A stretch of 63,936 nucleotides of DNA, counting the filler, from Lenisia limosa (taxonomy: Eukaryota; Protista; Breviatea), in assembly GCA_001655205.1 (NCBI GenBank). It is 13 parts of 13 records of this genome, joined end to end, with 100 filler letters (N's around TTAATTAATTAA, not from the genome) between each part and the next. Parts side by side here need not be neighbours in the genome. Positions count along the whole stretch, not along the records: positions 17,277 to 31,061 come from LPNZ01006373.1; positions 31,162 to 35,438 come from LPNZ01001411.1; 11 more parts are not named here. One strand, 5' to 3'. Position numbers and translations under genes: made by a program. The notes under the pieces were generated by a model that searched no databases, was not told the origin of the DNA, and was given only the letters and a program-made list of their open reading frames with translations. Of this stretch, positions 22,597-32,626 are shown piece after piece. Each line of letters begins with the position of its first letter. Positions within the stretch are counted from its first letter, which is position 1.

Positions 22597-25500
22597 TCAG
22601 GGATAGCGTACCGCCTTCTTGGCAAGATTCTCTTCACCTAAATTGCGACTTGAACCTGAGCTAAATCCAACCTAGGGAGTCAACTTTGTCTTATGATATG
22701 TATAAAGGAAGCAGACCTTTGGCTTTTGAGGAACTTTTCGTACAAGCTTCTTTTTCTTCTTTCCGGTCTTTTCCTCGGCTAAATTATCACGCTTCGATAA
22801 TAAGAGTTGATGGTTTGGTCATGAAATATAAGGAGAAGGTAATTAACGAAACACATTACCCCCAACCCCACTTTCAACCAGCTGTGGGGAGGGTAGCACC
22901 GGCGTGGAGCAGGTTTTGAGAGCCAGCATAGCCAGTGGCTGGGTCCGTGACGGTGAATCCACAAACGTCATCATTGGGTCTGAGTGTGTCATGGATTTAT
23001 GATCTACAGTGACCGGGGTAAGTCTTGACCGATTTTCCTTGGGAAATCATGGAATATTAATGAGACAAAGGTGCCAGTGTACTCCAACCACCATTGAGTT
23101 CATGTGGGGAGGGGAGGATAGGTTCAGATGCAGCGAAAATCGCAGAAGATGATCGGCTTGGTGGAGTAACTGAACCTGGTGTTGTTAGGAATTAGCTGGA
23201 GACTCCTTGAACCAGTTTGCTGAATTGCTAAAACAGCACATGTACGGTGAGGCATGAAAACCTTTGCTTCCCATCTGCTCTACTGGTGATGATTTCACTT
23301 CAGTCCCAAAAAACAAAAGAAAAATCTGAGACAAAAAAAAATAGACCTTAGTCTTTTTGGACCAAAGGGAACCAACCTGACAAAGAAGGTTTTGGTAGCT
23401 GAGCTGGCGAAGGACTTTTATAAAGAGGAACTGCCGTGCTATCAAACCCCTGAATGCATTAAGGATCAACAATCCTGAGCAACAATGATAAGAAAAGCTA
23501 AACAAAACCTACTCTTTGCTTTTTGCTAGGAGTGCCTTCTGAAGATTCTGTAGCTGCTGGAGAGGGATTGAATTTCGAAACAGGGGATTCCTTGAGGAAT
23601 AAGAAAATGTTAGTAATGCAAAAAAGATAGTCACATTTGACTGTTTGAACAGAGTCCTCCGTCCCACCATTGTGTCGACTGCCATTGTGTTTAACTGTCT
23701 CTTGAGACCCCAGGATGTTTCTAAGGCTTCTGTCTTCTTCTAACAAATGTGAAAATGGAAACTAAAAAAGCACCACGTGATTTGACATAATAAAGCGAAT
23801 AGGATATGGCATCTTGATAGGGCACATCACCAACCCTTTCCAAAACAGCTAAGAAGAAAGCGCTGGTATTGGTTTTCTCAGGACTTCCACTAAATTTGGT
23901 GAAAAAACTGAGTTGCATTTACCAGAGCCAAGAAATAATACAGCACCACCCAACCGGATAGCATCGAAGCCGCCTTCTGCCCAACTGTGCCCTCTGACCG
24001 GCCACTGAGGAAAAATCCGCTTCGAAACAAACCGACAAGGAATCTACGTGATGTGTCATATACAATAGCATGCGATGGAAGTGTATTAAAACGGATTATT
24101 CAGAACCATTATCAGGAATAAAGGCACACCTGCTCCTGCTGTCTCAAAGCCGCCTGCACAACATCCTCGCCTTCAGCAGCTTCTTCGGAGAGAACAAAGT
24201 AAACAATTCGCTCTACACTTGGGACTAGGAATGATCAATATTTGGTTATTGAAAGATCAGTAAAAATAACAAGATACATAACAAAAAGGAAATACACATC
24301 ATACTCCCCCATCAAACAGTTCATTGCGTTTTTGAGTGCTGCGAGCTGCTGTGCTGCCAGCGCATGGACATCAATATCATGAGGACTAATAAGCTCTAAA
24401 AAGTTACCCTGGTAAATAACAGTGTTAATGTAGTCTGACAAAAGAGAGATGATCAGATAATCAGTTACTATCCCGTTCACAATCTAAAAATTCCTAAGGG
24501 AATAAAAGCAAAGGAAAAAAAATCTGCTGCAACCTTTTTAGGTTCTCAATTCACTATTTTCCATAGTCATAGGGACGCTTTCCAGTGTGTTACTTACCTC
24601 CGGATGTGACAAAGTGAATCATGGGGTTGGCAGTACCAGAATGAGAAGATGGGGGTGCAACAACACACGCGTTATTCTGTTGGAGAAATTTGAAAAACTT
24701 TGATACTCGGGGGCTTTTTTTTTATTTCAAAAAGAATGCAACATTGATATTTATCGGATTAGTGTATGCAAACATTGAGATATTCAGTGTCGGATGGAAC
24801 AGCTTCATGAAAGCGAAGGTCGGAAAAGGTGGGGGCTGAGTAGTCAAATCATGGGACGTTGTGGTTACCAGGAACAGAATGTCGATAGTCAGCCTACTGA
24901 GTTTGGTAGAGACAGATGGAGGGGAAACATAGGTGGATGCGCCTTTACGGGCTTCTACAGCTGTGAACAAAATTGTTCATGAAATATTCACAAAATAAAA
25001 GCATTTCAACACACTAATTACCTTTTTCAGAGAAAACCGTCAGGGTTGCCTTTTCAGGCAAATATGAGGCAAGCATTGGAGTGAGGATTGCTAAACTGTT
25101 GAGAACCTTGTTTGGACATTTGATACTATAGTGGATATCAAGAGGGCAAATGGTAAACGACACCCACGATGATGGTGGCTGAGGATGAGTCCTTCACAGG
25201 AGGGAACGTCTGTGGCCTCAGAAGCAAGACAAAGTCCAAGATGCTGGAAATATAAGAAGTTTGTGGTGGTGGATGGAAAAGTTAAGATCCAATTTTCAGA
25301 AGAAACTGATGATGTCAAACAGTGACAGTCTGTTTGTATGATATAGTAAAAGTATACCATTATTGAAAAAAGCAAACAGAATCATTGCTCCTTAAAATTA
25401 AACATGGCCCCACAGTGAACATGATGTCCTTCTCAGAAACTAAGCAGGCGTGATTAAGGGAAGGTGGCATGGCGATAATGTCAAATGCTTCGTTGATAGG

Positions 25501-26509
25501 CGAAAAGAGAGTGGGGGCACTGCAGCGTAAAGAAAACTAAGTCAACAGCACACACTATTCCAGAAACAGTTTTACCACAAAAAACAAGAAACTTACGGCT
25601 TTCTTCCAAAGAAGTTGGTTTGAACATAGCCATTTTCCTTGAGTGTTTGGGCTGCTGATTCACACCCCTCTTTGCACCACAGATAGAGCCATGAATCTTC
25701 TGTTATGAATTAGGTACGGCTGAACAGCTAGAACGACTCCTACCATACACGCCTTTTTCTACGGGGAGGATATCTCTGGCGTCCTTTGATCCACAAGCGA
25801 TAAGCTGCTTCGATAAGGCAGCTTCAATCTGCTCCATTAACAATCGGTCCTCAAGGGTACAATCCTCAGAGAGAGGATGATGCGGAACATAAGCCTATGA
25901 CCCAGCTTACTTTCAGCCCAACCCGCTTGTTAATAATCATTTCACGAACCAAAGCGACACTCTCGGGGCTATCTGTTTGAATCAGTAAGAAGAAAAAAGC
26001 ACTTAACAGACTGTCTTTTTTTATCTTCGGGCCTCTGTTTTTGTTGAAGAGCATATCGTATAGCATAATGAAAATGCATGCTCGCTGGGTCTGCGGTGTG
26101 AGATGAGCTTGGTGCGGTACCAAACATGCCCCAAACACTCACCTGTAAGAGGGCCTGAAACTCGGGATGTGTAATATCTGTCACCATTTTATCAAGCGCA
26201 ACCGTGGCTAAAAGAGAATGAACTCAAAAAGTGCATTCCCAGGAGTTGAAGAATGAACTTTGGTGGTCACGCTTACCCTTGATCGTGTCAAATGATAGTC
26301 CAAGAATTCTGTCTTGACTCTCAGCTGAAAGAACTGGCAAAGGCTTTCTTTCCGAAATCGCCTAATCAAGTAAGAAAAGCACCAGTCGATATGACAGTGA
26401 GGGTCAGTGAACCAACAGTAAGGATCTGGGCTGCGCTTTCGTAGTCATTATCGGTGTATATCGGAATACTGCTTGCTGGGGCAGAGGAGGGGGTCACAGA
26501 CCGCTCCAT
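22597..26509 (-). CDS. NSUN7/NSUN5-like RsmB/NOP2-family protein, predicted catalytically inactive
   Basis: Exons IMLYDMLFNK, FHEAVPSDTEYLN|NNACVVAPPSSHSGTANP, DIDVHALAAQQLAALKNAMN|FPSVERIVYFVLSEEAAEGEDVVQAAL and TNTSAFFLAVLER follow the NSUN5/7 motif order. The 3' low-complexity exons and stop are uncertain and may extend to 22194. Confidence 0.75.
23007..23079. mobile_element. Tc1/mariner-type MITE (CAGTGACC family)
   Basis: TA|CAGTGACCGGGGTAAGTCTTGACCGATTTTCCTTGGGAAATC...CAGTG|TA. Confidence 0.65.
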
Positions 26510-26863
26510 TTCGCCAATATTGCTGCAACAAAAGCTAATTTCCTCTTAATCCTATGATACTCTTTTGTTACGTATATATTACTATATTACTGATTATTAA
26601 CTTAATTTAGATTTGTCATCATAACGTTAAAGTCTTAAACTTCAAAAAGCAAAAAATCGCGCGCCTAATCAACTATTGCGTACACGCAAAGCATTTAAAG
26701 AATTTTGATTTTGAGATTCGGTCTCTTTTTTTTTGAATTGCAGGTTGGAAGGAAGTTAGAGTACCAATTTAGAGACAGAGGATAAGAGGAAACCTGAGCT
26801 AACATTCCCTAGCGGTGTAGTTTAGAACTGTTTAGGGGCCCTACACGGGCATAAGCTTCAAAT

Positions 26864-29800
26864 ATGACCACTCAAATGGATATTAACACACTGTTCGCTC
26901 CCCATGTCGATTCTTTCAATTTTGCAATGGGTGAGGGACTCAAGCAGGTTTGGAGGGTAGAACTTGCTATTTTAAAATCTTTTACACAAAATTAACATCA
27001 TTTGGTTACATAAAATAGGGTAATATCGCTTTGACCATGTAGCTTGTGCCTTTGATCCAGCCTGTTTCGCTCCAGGAGGGTTCCACCATTGAAGTTGAAG
27101 ACCTCCATATCTCGAAACCTTCAAACAATATTGATGGATCCAGAAAGGATGTTACTCCCCAAGAGGTTTGTCCTTTCAAAGTCTGAATGTCCCTTCTAAC
27201 CCCTTCTAGTGCCGTGCTGGACAAATGTCTTATTCAGGTACCTTGACTGCCAGTCTCAAGCTGGATAATGGACTTGAATCAAAGACAATGTCTCTCTCTC
27301 TGGGAGAAGTGCCTATTATGGTCAAGGTTTGCAGGGTGGTTAATGAGGTCCTCAACGGCAAAATACATACCAAAGATTGTTATAGTGTGTATTTTTGTCA
27401 TAGTTTATGCAGTATTGTTGTTGCATCATTGTTTACGCCATGCTCACTCCACATTAGTCCAGTGCCTGCCACCTCTACGAGATGGAAGATGAATCAAAAT
27501 TCGAGCGCGGTTGGGGGGGGGGGGGGGNNNNNNNNNNNNNNNNNNNNNNNNNNNNNNNNNNNNNNNNNNNNNNNNNNNNNNNNNNNNNNNNNNNNNNNNN
27601 NNNNNNNNNNNNNNNNNNNNNNNNNNNNNAATCGTGGTGGTGTGATGGTTGATGATTATTTTCTTCACGGTTCATCATGTTATTGTATGGTTTATTATAT
27701 GATATCCTAGTGATATATATATGATATCATATTGTTTATATTAATGGGCTAAGAGTTGAAAGCAGAGCAAGCGTGAATCAGAATCCTAATTTATTTATTT
27801 TTTGCTTTCCACCCGAAAATGACACCTCAGGAGAAGACTTCTACGATGGCGGTGGATACTTCATCCTCAATGGTATTGAGCGTCTTGTTCGTCTCCTCAT
27901 CATGCCTAGGAGAAACTATGTGGGTTAGAGGTTATTGTCATATAAACTGTGCTCTAGTAAGATGCACTTCGTTAGTAGTACATATGTAGGATTTAATTAA
28001 CCCTCCAGCCCATGGCTGTCAATAGACCTTCATTCGCCAAGAGAGGAAAGGACTTCACAACCCAAGGTGGGTTGCTTTCCATTGACTTTTGTCTATGCTA
28101 CATTCATTCAATATTTAACGAAGATTATCTTGATTATATGCTGTCTTATTTTGTACCTTGAGAAAGTCATAGTAGAAAATAACCCCATAGGTATCATCAC
28201 GCGTTGCTGCACCCATGATCAGCGCTTTATCACAAATACCACCCACTATCAGAGCTCGGGTAATGTGTTGATTGTAAGAGGGCTGTATTTTTTGTGATTT
28301 TCCTGAGCTTCAATATTCATTGTTTTTATCTACACTTCCTTCCATATCTCTTCACACATCCTATCATTATTTGTATTGAATTGTCTTGTTTGTTACAGTA
28401 TAGCGTTTCTCCTACAAGAAGAACGAATACTTCATCCCCGCCGGCCTTCTTCTCCATGCCCTCATCGACTGCTCTGACAGGAGAATCTTCGACAAAGTGG
28501 GCAGTTGATATTTTGCAATCACTTTGAAGGCCTCTGCTGGTTGAGGTCCCGACCCCCCCCCCCCCCCNNNNNNNNNNNNNNNNNNNNNNNNNNNNNNNNN
28601 NNNNNNNNNNNNNNNNNNNNNNNNNNNNNNNNNNNNNNNNNNNNNNNNNNNNNNNNGTTCTCAGAAACAACGGCGAACAGGGCTGGAACTCACAAGACGC
28701 TGCTCGCAAGTACATTGGTTAAGGGGGGTCAAATATGTGTTTTTCTGTTTCTGTTTCTTTTTTGAATAAGATTGAAGAAACAACATTTCGGCATTTAGCT
28801 GCCATTGTAGTGTCACTTCTGACCGCATAGGCCTCCATTTTGCTGCCATCATGGAGAATGAGCTTCACACAAAGGACCCCTTGACTATCTGTCGCTTCAT
28901 CTTCGCCAACTACATCTTCGTTCACTGCAACAAAATGGTTGACAAAGTGGGGGGAGGGGGAGGTTTGTTTTTCTTGTGTGTTTTCTATCAGCTTCATTGA
29001 TAGTAGGATCAGAGTACGTGTAACCCTTCCCCTCCCCGCAGTTTAACTTCCTCTGCTTGGTGCTTGAGAAGCTCTTCGCCTTCGTTTCTGGCGATATTGT
29101 TGATGACAACCAGGATTCTCTCATGAACCAGGAGGTGGGCTTACTTGCTGTTGTCAGAAACAAATAGAAGCATGTATGTTATTTAACTGAAGCACTTTGT
29201 TTGAATCCATGCCGCTTTTGTTTACCCCTCCCAGGCACTTCTCCCTGGTCACCTTTACCTGACTTTCCTCCGTGAGCGTGTGGAAGAATGGCTCCAGGCT
29301 AACCGCCTTGCTTTCGGCAAAAAACACCACAAGCGCTCCACTCTGCTCAGCCTTGATGTAGGAAAGGGCACTTTATTGTGTGTACATATAATCTACTATA
29401 TCATACTATATACTGTTGTTCCTTTCTGACCACCAGGAACTGTCTGCCTTATTGAAGTACAACCCCGTCAACGTCGGACGCCGTGTTGAGCATCTGATCA
29501 TTACCGGTAGGCAAGTGATATTTTACAGTTATTCTGCAACCTATGTAGTAATACACTGGTCCCTCTCACCCAACCTCCCAGGAAATCTGGTCTCGGACAG
29601 TGGTCTGGATCTGATGCAGGTGTCTGGCTATACCATTGTTGCGGAAAGGCTCAACTTCCTTCGCTTTGTTTCCCACTTCCAATCCATTCACAGAGGACAA
29701 TTCTTTACGGAAATGAAAACTACCACTGTAAGCCTTTTACATTTTCTCTTCTTTTTCTTGTTACCTTAATTCATCGATATTCACCTCTTCAGGTCCGAAA

Positions 29801-30989
29801 ACTGCTCCCTGAATGTTGGGGCTTCCTATGCCCGGTGCACACACCTGATGGAACGCCGTGCGGTCTTCTCAACCATCTTGCGGAGCGCTGTCAACTTACA
29901 AGGTTGGCTTTGCACTTTATGCTCCTTTGGTTGAGCGTTATATCTTTTGCTTCTTTGGTTGAGCGTTGTTTTCCTCGTATCACTTCCATTTGGCAACTTT
30001 GCTCACCCTTTTAGTGAATACACGGACGGAAGCGGTGTAGAGGACGTCATTATGCAGTTTGATTTGTCTACAAAGAATTCTGGCGCTACCTTTCCCGTCA
30101 CTTTCAACGGCATTGTGAGGGGTGGTGGGGTCTTTCTTTTTTGTTTTTTTGAAAATAAATAAGATGATGGTTTATAATTTGAGTCACTCTTGGTAGATGA
30201 AGGGCTTTGCGACACACCAGGAAATGATTAACATGGCTGGACTTCTCCGTAAGCTCAAGACCACCGGCACACCTGGAGTTCCCAAGGTTGGACTTTAGCT
30301 TTTTACTCATTTCTAAGAGCCCGCTCACGATTTAGGAACTTGAGATTGCGCTTATTCCCGAGTCTAAGGGGCTGTTCTGCGGTCTTTACCTCTCAACCGA
30401 TCCTGGACGCTTTATTCGACCCGTGCAAAACGAGGCCTTGAAGGTTGGATGCGGCTGAAACCGAGGAAAATGGGCGAAGACACCTAACTGACTTGGCGCC
30501 CCCTTTTTTTGGTCTTCTAAGACAGTTGTAACTTTGACAGGCTGTCGAGTTCATTGGAGCCCTGGAGCAACCCTTCCTTCGTATTGCTGCACCAGGTTGG
30601 TTCTTGGACCATTAGAAATCCAAATAAGCTCTACCTAATCCAGATGAAGATCTTCTTCACACTATTCGTTTTCGAAATTCCCTTTATTTCACCGCCACCC
30701 CCCAGGAGCCGAGATTTCAAACCCCAGTCATCGAGAGCTCCGAGCCACCGACTTTCTCTCCTTCGCCGCCAGCCTCACTCCCTACTCCGCCAACAACCAG
30801 TCTCCCAGAAACATGTACCAGTGTCAGATGGCTAAGCAGGTGCGCGATGGTGATACTGGCGCTTTTTATCAAACACTGAATAAAACTGTTTTTTTTTTTT
30901 GAGTACTTACCGTTCAGACAATGGGTACTCCTTTCCTTGCCTTCAAACATCGCTTCGATAATAAGGCGTACCGAATCAATGGCCCACAG
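26864..30989 (+). CDS. RPA2: RNA polymerase I second-largest subunit, 5' part (about 21 exons), truncated by the contig end
   Basis: [14 protein letters not shown]|[133 protein letters not shown]. Confidence 0.97.
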
Positions 30990-31061
30990 GTGAGTTTCCT
31001 CAAATTGAAACCCCTCTTATATTTTTGAGATGGTATAATCCTAGAAAGATCAAGGGGTTTG

Positions 31062-31161
31062 NNNNNNNNNNNNNNNNNNNNNNNNNNNNNNNNNNNNNNN
31101 NNNNNTTAATTAATTAANNNNNNNNNNNNNNNNNNNNNNNNNNNNNNNNNNNNNNNNNNNN
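31062..31161. other. Artificial contig spacer
   Basis: N44-TTAATTAATTAA-N44. Confidence 0.97.
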
Positions 31162-31921
31162 TCTCCGGAGATATAAACGAAGACTGGTCCGCCCTAAGGG
31201 AGTGAAATTGGAAAATCTTTCAACAAAAAAAAACCAAATCAACTCTGTTGGCTGGCAACCCACGAGGGTTCTAACAATAATGATGTTAATGAAGAAGAAA
31301 ATGTTAATGAAGATGATTAAGGAGATGTTGTTAATGGTAAAGAAGAAAATGGTAAAACAGAGCGAGAATAGGTATGTTCAAAATATAAATTTGGCCACAA
31401 ATGATATACTATTGACGATAAATATAAACACAAATGATATACTATTGACGATAAATATAAATGATATACTATTGACGATAAATATTGACGATAAATATAA
31501 ATCTGTTTGATTTCATTATAATTTTTTTAAAAAATATATATTTGATTTTGATTATAGAAGTACACACGACTGGAACAAAAAGAGAATGGAATGATCAAGA
31601 ACAAGAAAATGAATATTCAGCCGATGAAAAAGAATCTTCAAAACTTCTTGCTTAATTCCCAATGACCAACCTGAACGTAGTGCTCAAGGTTCACGAGGTA
31701 TCTCTGGGGGAAAGTCGCACGATTGCTGAGGTCAAAGTGGTCGACAGCCTAAAGAACCGGTTAAATACGTCTTTTATAATGATAATTACCATGTTGACAT
31801 GGTGGTACGACCGGCCAATGGCTTGGGGTGAGAACTTGGCCTCATGGAGGCGCTTAAAAGTGGAGTGGTCGGCGCAAACCACAGCGAATAACGCCAACAG
31901 TGCAATAATAAAACGCGTCAT
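31162..31921 (-). CDS. Serine carboxypeptidase family S28 (PRCP/DPP7-like), 5' part
   Basis: Signal peptide MTRFIIALLALFAVVCA, then AVDHFDLSNRATFPQRYLVNLEHYVQ|GGPVFVYISGE, matching the S28 DHF...F.QRY..N...GGP+F+Y..GE motif. Confidence 0.85.
31194..31280 (-). repeat. Element X copy ending at the S28 acceptor
   Basis: Reverse complement reads AACCCTCGTGGGTTGCCAGCCAACAGAGTTGATTTGG...TTTTCCAATTTCACTCCCTTAG|exon. Confidence 0.75.
31416..31502. repeat. Intronic minisatellite
   Basis: About three copies of AAATGATATACTATTGACGATAAATATA. Confidence 0.85.
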
Positions 31922-32431
31922 TTGTGTTTTGTTTCATATTTTTCCAAGTTTTTTTACTCACCGGTACGGGCTTTCTTTATCATTATAGAAGGAAGAAGTG
32001 TGTCTCTCTTCCTCTTTAGTATTCTAAATTGCATTAAATTATATGTAATAGTATAATATCAACTTATATTTTCATTGCAAGAGAACACACGTAGAGTAGT
32101 TATCACCTGTCCTCTTTTAAATAGTCTATTGTAAGAAGTTCCTGCTACTAACAATGACAAGATAGCTGCAAACTAAATTAAAGTAAGAGGGAAGTTGGAG
32201 GGAGTTAGCGATGTTGTCTTGTGTATATTCACTCTATTTTTGTCCACCCATTTGTAGTCATTGCCAATATTCTTGCCTTTGTTTTACTCCCTGCACCCCC
32301 CCATGATCCCAAAAACTGTCCCATTTTTACTCACTCCGAAAAAAAATAAAACAAAAAACTCCTTTGCCGCTCCTGGAGGCTTCGAATGCTCTGCTCTGAG
32401 TCTCTGGTGGTGGTCAGAGGGTTTTTACTAC

Positions 32432-32520
32432 AGAAGCGACTGATCAACCTTATATGTTGTTGGCCAACATAGTTGACTTTGGGCTTTTTTTTGTTTCGTA
32501 AAAATTGTATTCCCCCATCC
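32432..32520 (+). repeat. Element X copy upstream of ATG 32627
   Basis: AGAAGCGACTGATCAACCTTATATGTTGTTGGCCAACATAGTTGACTTTGGGCTTTTTTTGTTTCGTAAAAATTG. Confidence 0.75.
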
Positions 32521-32626
32521 CCCCTCAACTTCCCCGTAAACTGGTCCGTTTTTACTTAACTTCCATCAACTGTTCCGTTTTTACTCATCTTCCCCATAAA
32601 CTATTCCCTTTTTACTGGACCCAAAG

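Noticed and set aside
24640-24676. Frameshift in the NSUN7-like motif IV exon (alternative frame ITRVLLHP)
   Set aside because: The upstream exon frame is fixed by FHEAVPSDTEY and exits in phase 0, which selects NNACVVAPP with no shift.
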